This document shows, in pieces, positions 1 to 10,198 of a stretch of 64,000 nucleotides of DNA. The notes below the pieces were generated by a model. The model was not told where the DNA came from. It did no database searches and was given only the letters and a program-made list of their open reading frames with translations. The position numbers were made by a program, and so were the translations under genes. Numbering within the stretch: position 1 is the stretch's first letter; every line of letters starts with the position of its first letter. Source of the stretch: a virus; the IMG/VR virus record IMGVR_UViG_3300043540_000091, positions 64,001 through 128,000 of that record. The stretch is one strand, 5' to 3'.

Positions 1-223
1 GAGCGGCATCAGCGGCAGGAGCAGCGTCAGCGGCAGGCGCGGCGTCAGCTGCAGGTGCAGCTTCAGCGGGAGGTGCGTCCTGAGCAGGTGCAGCGTCGGC
101 ATCCTTATCCTTGCCTTCTTCGTCCTTCTTCAAGGGCGCAGATTTAGCAAGAACGTCCGCCTTGGCGAGAGCTTCGTCTACCGAGGCGAGTAGGTTGTCG
201 ACGTCCTGATCAGTCCAGTTCAT
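1..223 (-). CDS. 5' part of an acidic, Ala/Pro-rich protein, probable capsid scaffolding protein (runs off the window)
   Basis: Not in the ORF track. ATG at 223 with RBS AAGGAAGG. Reads MNWTDQDVDNLLASVDEALAKADVLAKSAPLKKDEEGKDKDADAAPAQDAPPAEAAPAADAAPAADAA. Lies downstream of the protease in the head module. Confidence 0.5.
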   Translation of the reverse strand, partial: MNWTDQDVDNLLASVDEALAKADVLAKSAPLKKDEEGKDKDADAAPAQDAPPAEAAPAADAAPAADAAPAADAA

Positions 224-252
224 GTTCCACCCTTCCTTTCACCAGAGTCCGA

Positions 253-702
253 TTACTGGCTCTGAGTGAGAGGATTGATTTCGTTGCTGCGGATCGTAGC
301 AACGGTGTTCGGAGCAGCGGCGTAAGCAACATCGTGACCAGCAGCCGAAGCAGGCAAGTTTGCCTTGACGTCCGACTTGATGATCATCTTCATGCCCAAC
401 TTGCTCATCGCAGCGGCCATGCGAGCTTTCAACTCAGCCGAAGCATCGGTCGTTTGGTCGCTGTCTTGCAGCAACTGAGCGATGTGAGGGCTGTATGAAG
501 CCTGGGCAAGGCCCAAACCATCGACACGACCGGCGTTGCCGTCAGTCACGATCTTAGCCGAAGCGATCTCGGTGCTCGAAACAATGAGAAGCATCGGGAA
601 GCCGTTGGCGTCCTGTGCATCCGAGATAGTAGCACTCGGAAGCTGGAGCTGAAGTCGTTGCTTCAGTTCTATCATAGTGGCCTGAGCCTTGAATACAGAC
701 AT
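253..702 (-). CDS. hypothetical protein, head module (149 aa)
   Basis: ORF with strong RBS (TAGGAGG) upstream of the ATG; co-oriented with head genes. Confidence 0.7.
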   Translation of the reverse strand: MSVFKAQATMIELKQRLQLQLPSATISDAQDANGFPMLLIVSSTEIASAKIVTDGNAGRVDGLGLAQASYSPHIAQLLQDSDQTTDASAELKARMAAAMSKLGMKMIIKSDVKANLPASAAGHDVAYAAAPNTVATIRSNEINPLTQSQ

Positions 703-877
703 TGCATGTCCTCCTAGTAGGTTTGTTCACACGCACAAATGCAACTTATCCATTAGGTAAGTTGGACCTGGACTTAGTTGACCAAATTGATTAACTTATT
801 GAATTGGTTAAGGAAAAGATTTTTAAGAAACCTATGTTAAAACAGGCCTTTATGACATCAACTGTGATTTTCTTTAA

Positions 878-1333
878 TTAAAACGAGTACTTAGTGTACT
901 TTAGGCATACGCCCTTGGATGCGACAGGCGCATTACCAAAGACTATATGAGAGGAGGCACCGTTCGACTTCTCGATCGAAGCTTCCACGGCCTTGAGACC
1001 GCGCTTCTTGGCCCATGACATGGCCGCATCCTTGACCTTGCGATCGACGGAACCGCCGAAGTCCATGCGGATCAGACCATTGTCATATACTGAGGTCATC
1101 ACTTCGTTCTTCTTAAGCTCGCGGACGGCGCGGAAGTGATTTATGGCCTTGTGGACTGTGTCCTTGACCTGCTGTTGCTGCGCGACTACCGGCGTATGGC
1201 GGCCAAACTGCTTCAACCACTTGTAAAAACGATATCGCAACTTCGGAGGAAGCATCTTTTCCAGCTTGGAGAACGCGATGTCATGCGTCAGCTCGGCGGA
1301 AAGGGTATCTACGTCTATCTTGCTCATACTCAT
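878..1333 (-). CDS. hypothetical head-module protein (151 aa)
   Basis: ATGA overlap with the giant ORF; preceded by the CCTAATCT motif. Confidence 0.7.
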   Translation of the reverse strand: MSMSKIDVDTLSAELTHDIAFSKLEKMLPPKLRYRFYKWLKQFGRHTPVVAQQQQVKDTVHKAINHFRAVRELKKNEVMTSVYDNGLIRMDFGGSVDRKVKDAAMSWAKKRGLKAVEASIEKSNGASSHIVFGNAPVASKGVCLKYTKYSF

Positions 1334-4300
1334 CTTAGATTAGGTTTCTTCTTGCGCTTAGGACGTTGGTCCGGCGCGTTCAGTTTAAGAACCCAGCACT
1401 TCGTCGACAGCTTGCTTGCGTTGAGTTCGCCAAGCAGACTGCTCGAGTAACGAGGGTAGTCGGTATAGTCGCACTCCTCGAACCCATACTTGCGCGGACC
1501 TTCTTCGTAGATCTTACGGAAGCCCGACATCTTAGCCTTGGTATTCTTGTTGTCCCAGAACTCACGATTATAGTCCGAGTTGGACAAGTAACCTCTCAGC
1601 TCAGCTCCATGCATGTACAGATTCTTGATGCCATGCGCCTTGGCGTTCTCGATGACTGCCTGCATAGATGCGTCGGCCCAGTCGTCCAGGTGCCGCGCGA
1701 TCGTCTTCGAGTATTGCTTCATCTCATCCGCAGTGATGTGTTGTCCGTTGATGTGAGAACCCTCCGGCATCGACTCGATCAAGGCGTTCAGGTTTGACCG
1801 GAACTTCTGGGCAAAGTCAGACTGATATTCTTCAACAACCCAAGATCCCTTGTCCTGATCGGTATCGACGCGTGACCAGGATACGAGGTGAGGAGTCGTC
1901 GGATGGAGGCCGATCGAGTTCTCGGCGGCGTCCACTCCGTTGGCGTCCATGAGAAGGTGCTGATACAAGGCCCACAGCTTGGGGTCTTTCGACAGCTCGC
2001 GTTCCTTCTCCTCGGAGTTGTTGACTTGAACGACGAGGTTTGGCTTCTGATCTTCGCCGCGATGACGTTGAAGTGGAGACTTCCAGTCGGAGAACGTGAT
2101 GTGGTACTTGGACGCGTTGTCGTCGAGCTGACGAGCTGCTTCAACGAAGCGCTCCGGCATGACCGGCTTATTGTTCGCGGCCATGAAGACGTCCTTGACA
2201 GACTTAGGAAGGTTCTTCTCCTGCTGAGGATACTTTCGCTTGAACTCAACCCAAGACATACCTTCTGCCGGTATGAATCCCATCACTTCGCGCATCTTCT
2301 CGTAGTCACCGCTCTTGACGTTCAGAGTCTTGACTGCCAAAGAGCCATCCACGTTCGGAACATCCTTTGGAGTTACGACCGGCTGAGCCCTGAACAGCTT
2401 ACCACCGTGAGTGGGGTTCACGAAGGCTGGATTGAACGGAGCTTCGTGCGTTATGTACGCGCCGTACTCCTTCTCAGACTGGCTCATGACCTTGGCCAGC
2501 CGCGCTTCGCTGATGTTCGGATGCTTGAGAAGTTGAGACGACAGTCCCATGCCTATGGATTCGCTGAATCTCGCATGGTTTGCCTGAGCGTTGGTGGATA
2601 CTTGATCCGCTATGCGATCTACAGACGACTGAGGTACGCTCGGGTTTTCTAGCATCTTGTTCATCGCCGCTTCCATAGCTTCCGGATTGGTGACGAACAT
2701 GGCACAGACTCTGCCTGAGACCTCTTCGTTGATGTGAGGAGATCTGATCACCGGTTCGAGGCGATTAGCGATGTTTGAGCCTTCGTATGATCCAGAATCT
2801 TTGCTGATTGCGAACAGGTCGGTTCCCATGATCTTCTTGTGATCACGGACGTACATCTTCAACGTCTCTTCTCCGCCAGCTCCGTTGGTAACAGCTTCCT
2901 TGAAGAGACTCTGAGCGATGGAGTGATCCTTCGTTCCTACCATGATGTCCTGTACGTCGCCGCGAGTCATGTGTCGTGCCATGGACTTTATGGCAGTCTT
3001 CATGCTGTTCTGGTAGGCATCGCCCTGGACCTTGCCGTCGACATGCATCCGCACGTACATGTCCATGAGTTGCTTGCCGTAGGCAGCACGGTCGTCGCTG
3101 CTCATCTTGTTCATCCACTGCGAAGATTCGACCATGAAGGCTTGGTGCATCGAGCCTTCACCTGTCTTGGAATCTTCGATGCCGCGCAGATCGACGCTTG
3201 CAAGAGCTTCCTTAGGGATGGAGGATCTCTTCGAGAGAGCGAACATGGCGTCGGGACGAGACTGAAACATGGACTTCCAGTCCTGATCCTCGAGCTGTTC
3301 GGCCTTGGATACGATGTTGGTCAGGATACCAAAGGTCTCTTCTGGCGCGGTGAGTTTCTTGCCTGCCGCTTCGTCGAGAGAATGGAACTCCTTGAGCATG
3401 TCGAACGTCTTCATCGCTTGGTTTCTGCCAAGCTTGATGTTGGCCGAAGCTATGTTCTCGGCGATACCCTTTATAGCTTGATGATTGTACCTGACGCTAT
3501 CTCCGTATCCAAGCTTAGCTGTCTCATCTCTGAGAGATGCGGCTATCTTCTGGACACTTTCGTGTATCACGTCGACCATCTGGTCGATCTTCTCGAGCTT
3601 ACCTCCTACTCCAGACAGATCAGACGTAAACGTCGAGTTGGCCACGACGTTCGAGAAGATCTTGAGCTTGTTCAAGATAGCTTCACGGTGCTCCATTCCT
3701 AAGTGAGGAGCGCCAGGTGCAGCAAGGTTCGGATCTTTGAGCAGATCTTGGACGGAGTTCAGCCGAGAATGGGCCACGTCTACGAGATTGCCTTCCAAGG
3801 CGTTATACACGCTCTCGGCGACGTCTCGGAACTCGGCGTCAGTCAGTGATCTTCCAAGCTTAACCGAGTCTTCCATCTGAACGTACTTGTTCTTGTTCAG
3901 AGTGATCATCAGTTGAGCGTTTCCTTCAGGCAACGGAGTAGTCATGGCCCTTGAGACCAAGATAGAAGCGTTGTTGCCGGTTAGCTTCGACGCGTTCTTT
4001 GCCAACATCTCAAGCTTAACGCCGGACTGAGCCATCTCCATGAACCTGGGATTGTTGACGATGGACGACATGTTCAGTGGATTGAACTGATTGTATGCAG
4101 CCCTATCATTCGGGAGAGAGGCTAGCAGATCGATCGACCTTTCCTCGTCCGTATGAGACTGCGCCACGGCCATCTTGTACAAGAGACTGTTCGCGTGAAG
4201 AGCTACCGCTGGGTTAAGGGCGGCCTTCTTGGTGTAATTCACCACGAAGTCGTTCTTGACCTTATCTTCTTCAGACGAAGTCGTGGAAGCGTTGAACGTG

Positions 4301-7300
4301 TGTGACAGGGAGCTGATGAACTTGACCGTATCTTCGTTATGCTTGCGCGTCTTGCCCTCAGCTCGCTCTTGAGCAAGCTTTGCCTCGAAGGTCTTGGCCA
4401 TCTCGACGACGGTCTTTGGCTCTGTAGAGTTGCTGAACTGAGTGGAGATGCCAGCGATCTCGGAAGATGACAGTTTGCCAGGAGACTTCACTGCACGAGC
4501 GATGAACTCCATGCCCTTGTCTGAGAGATTACCTTCCTGAGCCATCGTGACAAGGGTATTGAAGTCCTTGGAATCCATAACCTGACGCTCGAACGCGCTC
4601 TTGGTCTTCTCTCCTACCAGGTCCTTGCGGCTGAGAGCGTTGATCGCTCTGTACATAGACTCATTCTTGACCTGATCTGACGGGTAACTTCTCGAGGACA
4701 GATGATCTAGGACGTCCTTCGAGATCCTGTCCATGTCCTTGTCGGTAAGCTCTTTCACGTTTGACGGACTCGTGAATGCATTTCTGATGATGTTCGACAG
4801 GTCGTCGGGAGACTTATCGATAGACAAGTCCATCAGCTTGCGCAAGCGACTAGAATACTCGCTGAACGCGTTGTCTGACATGGAAGTAGAACGACCGCCA
4901 GTGTGGGCTTCTGGGTTTAGCAGGTACTGGTTGAGACTTCGAGAGATGTCGCTCACGTCATCAGGACTAAGGTCCGGCTTCGACAACCATCCGTCGAGGG
5001 CGGTTCTCTTGACGGCGTTGTTGGGTATGGCCAACACGTCTGCCAAGCTTCCAGTCTGAGCTATCTCTGATACCTTCTCGGGAGAGATCAGGTCCTTCTG
5101 CAGCGCGAGCTTGCGCAGCTGCGCTCCGGACTCACCAGGCATGTCAGCCAAGAAGTCCATGTTGACGCCGCCGGTGTGTTTCAAGGTCTGGAAGGCATCG
5201 CTTCCTATGCCGTAGTAGTTCTTGGTATTGTTCAGTAACTTGGCCCAGTTCCCAGCTACCTGATTGTCATCGTCGTTGGGTATGGTCGCCATACGATTGG
5301 CGATCTCATTCATTATACCCTGCGCTCGTTCCTTGCTGGCTTGGCCATTGTGAAGACTTTGACTCTGGCTTCTTACTCTCTGGCCGAACATCTTTGACGC
5401 GAGATCGTTTCTTCCAGTGGCGAGGGCGTGATCTATCATACCCTCGCGAGTTAGGATACTCTTGGAGACCGAATTCATGATATCTTCATCTGACAAGTGT
5501 CCCTGCATCTCTGCCGGAGTTCCGATCAGTTGCTTGGCAAGATTCAGATGAGATACGTCCAAAGAGTTCAGACGATGAACGGCGGCGTTCTGAGCCCGTG
5601 ACTCTCCCTCGTGATTGAATCCACCAAGGACAGCGTTGCCGAAGAGATCCGGTCGATGTTCTGATACGTTCTTGATGTTCTCAGCAAGAACCTCGTCGCG
5701 ATGTTCTGCAGGCAGCATCTTGAGTGCGCGGTCCCATATCTCGGCAGGTGCCTTCGTGTGAATGATGGACTTCGCGGCTTCTTGAGAGCCCGAGTTCAGG
5801 ATCTCTGAGTACCGTGCCTTCTGGTCTGCTTCAGGAAGTTGGTCGTAACGCTTCAGCTCATCGCCCTCCCCGATGGCATCCATCAGGTCCTTGTTCTTGG
5901 CGATATCATGGAAGGTATCGAGAGACAGGTTCTTGGATCTGAAGATGGGCGCGATCACATGCGCAGGCTCAAGATCTTTCGGCCTTCCGTGTCTGTCATA
6001 GATCTTGGGAGGCTTTGCTGCGTATTCTTTGGCCTTAAGATATGCGCTATCTAGGAACGAAGGATCGGCTTTCTTGAGATCGATGTGACTGGACAGATTC
6101 TGCATCATGGCTGGGTTGGACAAGACAGCTTCTTGCGCATTCTTGTCGCCAGATTGGGCAAGCTCAGCTACCGCTCGAATCAACCGGCTGTCATCGTCAT
6201 TGTGTTGCTCATGAAGAACATTGTACGGAGAAGCGTAGAACTCCTTGTTCTTGCCGATCTTCTTCTTGAAGGCCGTTGAGATGTCCTTGGCATGCTTTTC
6301 ACGTATCTCTGGAGACACACGCGAGTCCATTGCCATACTGAGCTTGCTGTGAAGTACTGTTTCTGGACGTTCCTTAGTCTTCTTGGCGATGTCTTCGAGA
6401 TCAGCGCCAGCATACTTCTGGTGCGCGGCCTTGAAGATCTCGTCCTGCTGTTCCTTCGGCATCTTGTCGAAGTGACTCTTGAAGTCATCGTCGTGATATA
6501 CTTCAGAGATCGACGTCTTGCCAGAAGAGAGCCTTTCTCGGACCTGCTGATCGGCAACTAGAGGATGCAGGCGAGCCGCGTCCTGGACAGTACGAGCCTT
6601 GCGTTTAAGAGCTTCCTGCACGACCGACATGTCTGCCTTGTCATGATTAAGCGCTTGCACGGCCACGTCTTGGTTCTTATGATTTACAATCTCCTTGAGC
6701 ACGTCCGGCGGTACCTGCTTGGCGGACAAGATGTTTCTTGCCGCGTCGGTACTCTTGTCGGAACCGTTCCATGACGCGCGAACATCAGACTCATCGGCAA
6801 GCTCATGGTGAATGGCATCTTGAGAACCCTTCTGGATGAGTGCCTTTACCTGTTCCTTGGTTATCGACGGGTTCCTTAGAAGATTCGAGATCTTTGACTT
6901 GTTATCATAGTCGTTCGGCTTTTTTACACGACGAATGAACGCGTCGATTGATTCCTTAGGAAGGTTCGGATGCTGAAGAGCTTCGCGTCTAGCGTCCTTG
7001 TTGGTAGCATACTTAGCAAGCAGAGCCGGATCGACGTTGTTGTGCTCGAGGATATCTCCGATCGCGTCGTGGCGGGAGTAGTCATGTTCCTTGGGAGTGG
7101 ATTCAAGCAACTGGTGGATCTTGTTGAGGTGTGCGCGTGACAGGTCCTCTCGCGCCCGTACCAGCCTACCAAGATGCGATGCGTTATCCGGAGTCGGTGA
7201 GTACTCGTCGACTCCATGGTACTTATTGGCATGGATCGAGTCAATGGTCCTGTCGAGAGTCTCCGGCGTGTGGCGCTTCGAGTTTATGAGGCCCTCGAGT

Positions 7301-7842
7301 CCGTACTCCCCGATGCCTTCCTGAGCTTCGGGATTCTGAGATCCTTCCTTCCAGTGCTGCATGTAATAGTCTGGAGGCAGCTGTTCGTAGGTGTGCGGGA
7401 TAGCTCCGGCCTTGAACGCCTTGTCAGACATGGTACGAAGCTCATCTTCGTTCATGATTCCAGAGTTCGCAAGATCTTCATGAGAAGAAGAGTTCGGATG
7501 GTCGGGATGGAAGGTCCGTGATAGATAGTCCTTCTTGATGTGAAGCGGAGTGTTCGGATGCTTCATCAAGTTGTCTGCCCATTCATAGCTGTACGGCTCT
7601 GCCTCGCCCGACTCATCGAGCGTATGGCTGTCCATCATGTGGTTGTACAACTTCTCGATGCTGGCAGATGACAAGTTCGGATGCTGCGTAAGCTCATCCA
7701 TGAGAGGCTCGTTCTCGAACTTCTCAGCGTCGGGCAAGGAGATGTACTTCTCGACATGAGAATGCAGAGTGTCAGCTGGCGTATCAGGTGCCAGATGCGG
7801 AGTGTCGACTGTATCTTCTACTTCATCATCATGGTCCGACAT
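1330..7842 (-). CDS. giant 2170-aa probable internal virion/polyvalent protein with helical HPNxP repeats and a C-terminal GNAT-like domain
   Basis: Repeated H-P/N-N-x-P/S units (HPNLSS, HPNTPL, HNNVDP, HPNLPK, NPSITK, NPSVPQ, HPNISE). C-terminal WSRVD..WVVEEYQSDF and ENAKAHGIKNLYM..IYEEGPRKYGFEE. Head-module location. Confidence 0.6.
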   Translation of the reverse strand: MSDHDDEVEDTVDTPHLAPDTPADTLHSHVEKYISLPDAEKFENEPLMDELTQHPNLSSASIEKLYNHMMDSHTLDESGEAEPYSYEWADNLMKHPNTPLHIKKDYLSRTFHPDHPNSSSHEDLANSGIMNEDELRTMSDKAFKAGAIPHTYEQLPPDYYMQHWKEGSQNPEAQEGIGEYGLEGLINSKRHTPETLDRTIDSIHANKYHGVDEYSPTPDNASHLGRLVRAREDLSRAHLNKIHQLLESTPKEHDYSRHDAIGDILEHNNVDPALLAKYATNKDARREALQHPNLPKESIDAFIRRVKKPNDYDNKSKISNLLRNPSITKEQVKALIQKGSQDAIHHELADESDVRASWNGSDKSTDAARNILSAKQVPPDVLKEIVNHKNQDVAVQALNHDKADMSVVQEALKRKARTVQDAARLHPLVADQQVRERLSSGKTSISEVYHDDDFKSHFDKMPKEQQDEIFKAAHQKYAGADLEDIAKKTKERPETVLHSKLSMAMDSRVSPEIREKHAKDISTAFKKKIGKNKEFYASPYNVLHEQHNDDDSRLIRAVAELAQSGDKNAQEAVLSNPAMMQNLSSHIDLKKADPSFLDSAYLKAKEYAAKPPKIYDRHGRPKDLEPAHVIAPIFRSKNLSLDTFHDIAKNKDLMDAIGEGDELKRYDQLPEADQKARYSEILNSGSQEAAKSIIHTKAPAEIWDRALKMLPAEHRDEVLAENIKNVSEHRPDLFGNAVLGGFNHEGESRAQNAAVHRLNSLDVSHLNLAKQLIGTPAEMQGHLSDEDIMNSVSKSILTREGMIDHALATGRNDLASKMFGQRVRSQSQSLHNGQASKERAQGIMNEIANRMATIPNDDDNQVAGNWAKLLNNTKNYYGIGSDAFQTLKHTGGVNMDFLADMPGESGAQLRKLALQKDLISPEKVSEIAQTGSLADVLAIPNNAVKRTALDGWLSKPDLSPDDVSDISRSLNQYLLNPEAHTGGRSTSMSDNAFSEYSSRLRKLMDLSIDKSPDDLSNIIRNAFTSPSNVKELTDKDMDRISKDVLDHLSSRSYPSDQVKNESMYRAINALSRKDLVGEKTKSAFERQVMDSKDFNTLVTMAQEGNLSDKGMEFIARAVKSPGKLSSSEIAGISTQFSNSTEPKTVVEMAKTFEAKLAQERAEGKTRKHNEDTVKFISSLSHTFNASTTSSEEDKVKNDFVVNYTKKAALNPAVALHANSLLYKMAVAQSHTDEERSIDLLASLPNDRAAYNQFNPLNMSSIVNNPRFMEMAQSGVKLEMLAKNASKLTGNNASILVSRAMTTPLPEGNAQLMITLNKNKYVQMEDSVKLGRSLTDAEFRDVAESVYNALEGNLVDVAHSRLNSVQDLLKDPNLAAPGAPHLGMEHREAILNKLKIFSNVVANSTFTSDLSGVGGKLEKIDQMVDVIHESVQKIAASLRDETAKLGYGDSVRYNHQAIKGIAENIASANIKLGRNQAMKTFDMLKEFHSLDEAAGKKLTAPEETFGILTNIVSKAEQLEDQDWKSMFQSRPDAMFALSKRSSIPKEALASVDLRGIEDSKTGEGSMHQAFMVESSQWMNKMSSDDRAAYGKQLMDMYVRMHVDGKVQGDAYQNSMKTAIKSMARHMTRGDVQDIMVGTKDHSIAQSLFKEAVTNGAGGEETLKMYVRDHKKIMGTDLFAISKDSGSYEGSNIANRLEPVIRSPHINEEVSGRVCAMFVTNPEAMEAAMNKMLENPSVPQSSVDRIADQVSTNAQANHARFSESIGMGLSSQLLKHPNISEARLAKVMSQSEKEYGAYITHEAPFNPAFVNPTHGGKLFRAQPVVTPKDVPNVDGSLAVKTLNVKSGDYEKMREVMGFIPAEGMSWVEFKRKYPQQEKNLPKSVKDVFMAANNKPVMPERFVEAARQLDDNASKYHITFSDWKSPLQRHRGEDQKPNLVVQVNNSEEKERELSKDPKLWALYQHLLMDANGVDAAENSIGLHPTTPHLVSWSRVDTDQDKGSWVVEEYQSDFAQKFRSNLNALIESMPEGSHINGQHITADEMKQYSKTIARHLDDWADASMQAVIENAKAHGIKNLYMHGAELRGYLSNSDYNREFWDNKNTKAKMSGFRKIYEEGPRKYGFEECDYTDYPRYSSSLLGELNASKLSTKCWVLKLNAPDQRPKRKKKPNLR
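1337..1344 (-). promoter_or_regulatory. putative late promoter box CCTAATCT
   Basis: One of six identical minus-strand copies seen directly upstream of structural, lysis or head-module genes. Confidence 0.55.
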
Positions 7843-8450
7843 TACTCATCTCCGTACTTCAGCCAGTACATCATCTTGCGAGTCCATTCCTTATCCTCGG
7901 CCTGATGAAGACGGGCATTCTCGATATCTTGGTCATACTTCTTGCTCGCCAGCTTCTGGTTACGCTCTCGCTCGGCCTGCTGCTTGTTGATCATGTCAAG
8001 AACACCTGAACTTAGACTGACGTTAACTGGTTTGGCCGGTGCTTGCTCTGCAAGAGGCGGCGTTGACACGATCGGGAGAGCTTCCTGGATGTCAGTCTTC
8101 CGTGCGACCTTGATGTCACCGCGCTTGATCGCTGCGAACAGCGCGTCCTTGGTCTCTTGATCGATCAGATCGCCGTTCAGCATGCAGGTATGGCCATCAG
8201 AGGTGATCTCAACCACGTCGCCATTGTCCATGACGTAGCGCAACAGGTTGACAGTTGCCTTCTTCGGCTGCTCGATGGTCAGGTGAGATGACTTCTGGAC
8301 GACCTGGATCATGCGCTGATAGCTATTCTGGAATAAGTCTGGGAGTTTGCCGTTGGTGTTATCGACGACGAAGTCCAGAACGCGACCATCCGTGCGGATC
8401 TCGGCCAACGGAACGTCAGAATAATCAGATTTTATGACAAAGATCTTCAT
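7842..8450 (-). CDS. hypothetical protein (202 aa)
   Basis: Translationally coupled to both neighbours (ATGA and TAATG overlaps). Confidence 0.75.
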   Translation of the reverse strand: MKIFVIKSDYSDVPLAEIRTDGRVLDFVVDNTNGKLPDLFQNSYQRMIQVVQKSSHLTIEQPKKATVNLLRYVMDNGDVVEITSDGHTCMLNGDLIDQETKDALFAAIKRGDIKVARKTDIQEALPIVSTPPLAEQAPAKPVNVSLSSGVLDMINKQQAERERNQKLASKKYDQDIENARLHQAEDKEWTRKMMYWLKYGDE

Positions 8451-10198
8451 ACTGCAGCCTTCTTCTTCTGTTCAGCATGCTCCGCATCGCGAGCTGCTCC
8501 AAAGGTTGGGCGGACTGCATTGTTCACGATGCTGCGCATGTGATCGATCGGCATGTCAGGCCTATCGGCGACCTTCTGGTACATCATGAGTCGGCCAACC
8601 GCGTGCTTTATGGTAATTGGATGATGCCCTTGATCCATCATCCTGCCAGCGAGTTTCTTCGGATCAATCCCCTTGATCCACTTGACTGCTTCCGGATGTA
8701 CCGGCTGACTGTCGCGCAGGTACCACGGCTTCATAGCTGGATCATAGTCGAACGAAGCGTCGTTGTCAATGTTTACCAGGTGTCCTTTAGGATGAATCAA
8801 CGTGTTACCGGAGTTCCGATCAGTGTCAGCGCCGAGGATACTGTCCATGATGGCCATTTTATGAACCGAACCGTCCTTGTTGGCGTTCTTCAAGACCGAG
8901 GCGATCTTCTCATCGGTCATGGTGTACGGAGTCTTAGCTCCGTCTATGATCTCCATGGCTTGATGATGCCGCTGAGATGCCTTATCGCCGTCTATTTCCT
9001 TAACTCCAGCAACAGGATGCTTGAAGTAGTTCGTGACAGGGACGTGCTTGCCCATGCCGAAGACGTCGTTGGCCAGCTCATAGTAGTGGGTTGAGTTTTC
9101 TGCGGCCTTGCTATGGTCAGGATGTTTTACCAGTACGTTCTGTCCGGCGTCGTTGCGATGCTTGGTGATGAGATTCGCGTAGTTCTCATGCCCTGGCGTA
9201 AAATCGGTGCCGCCGTGCTTACGCTTGGGATCAAAGTACAGCCCTTCCATCAGCTTCTTCTGTGCTTCTGACTGATTCTTGTTCGGACTGTGCGAAGCTC
9301 CGACGCGGATAAGCTTGATGGACGGCTTCGACTTCTTGAGCGCAAGCTCCTCGGCAAGATCCGTGAAGTGGTGGATGTAATCATCCGACACTTCCGGAAG
9401 AGCTGCCTTAAGAACTTCCTTCAACGGGCGCTTACGGTCCCAGTCGCGAACGATCGCCTTGACTCGGTTACGCTGGAATCCGGTGATATGTTCCTTGGTG
9501 AGCGCTGCGCCGCCGGTCAGCTGACCTGGCGCGACATTGCCCATACCGGCAGTGAGTGCCTTGTTCAGATCCTCGAGGGCCTTGTGCAGGTCCAGGACCG
9601 GATCATGAGGCATGAACGATTCATCCAGTACCGGCGATTCGAATTTCATAAGGTCTGCTATGTCCGAAGATATCTTCCGTATCGACTTTGCGACACTCTT
9701 CGTCTTAGGGTCATCATAAAGACCGGCAATGGCCATCTTGTTGCAGCTGCGGAGAGTGATGGCAACGCGACGGCCAACCGATTCCTTAAGAATATAGTCT
9801 TCACGTTCTAGAGTAGCTCCTTCTATGCTGAAGCCGACCAAAAGCCGCTCATCCTTTGCCGCGTAATAGCGGATCATAGCGGCGACGGCTACCGCACCTG
9901 GATGCTCTTGATCCTCAAACAACTCGCCTATGATATACACGAATGGTTTTTTCGAAAAGTCCCAGTAAGCTCTTTGTCGATCGTTCTCGCAATCTTTCTT
10001 TTCCATTATCTTCTTGGCATAGATAACAGCGCCGACGATATCTTCAGCTTTATTTGAATGCTCGAAGTTCAGAACGCCTTTACCATCTATAAGATCCGAG
10101 ATGTCGTGGTTCTCTACTATTAATAACTCACCGCTTGAGTCGATATGCTCGGATGTTGCTATGCCGTCTATCTTAAGATTCACGACGCGTACTCCCAC
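8447..10198 (-). CDS. prohead maturation protease fused to a C-terminal PI3/4-kinase/HipA-like kinase domain
   Basis: N-terminal IDGIATSEHIDSSGE..VLNFEH..VGFSIEG (herpes/HK97-fold prohead protease motifs). C-terminal VLVK..YYELANDVFGMGKHVPVT..DSILGADTDRNSGNTLI..LVNIDNDASF. Confidence 0.75.
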   Translation of the reverse strand: MGVRVVNLKIDGIATSEHIDSSGELLIVENHDISDLIDGKGVLNFEHSNKAEDIVGAVIYAKKIMEKKDCENDRQRAYWDFSKKPFVYIIGELFEDQEHPGAVAVAAMIRYYAAKDERLLVGFSIEGATLEREDYILKESVGRRVAITLRSCNKMAIAGLYDDPKTKSVAKSIRKISSDIADLMKFESPVLDESFMPHDPVLDLHKALEDLNKALTAGMGNVAPGQLTGGAALTKEHITGFQRNRVKAIVRDWDRKRPLKEVLKAALPEVSDDYIHHFTDLAEELALKKSKPSIKLIRVGASHSPNKNQSEAQKKLMEGLYFDPKRKHGGTDFTPGHENYANLITKHRNDAGQNVLVKHPDHSKAAENSTHYYELANDVFGMGKHVPVTNYFKHPVAGVKEIDGDKASQRHHQAMEIIDGAKTPYTMTDEKIASVLKNANKDGSVHKMAIMDSILGADTDRNSGNTLIHPKGHLVNIDNDASFDYDPAMKPWYLRDSQPVHPEAVKWIKGIDPKKLAGRMMDQGHHPITIKHAVGRLMMYQKVADRPDMPIDHMRSIVNNAVRPTFGAARDAEHAEQKKKAAV

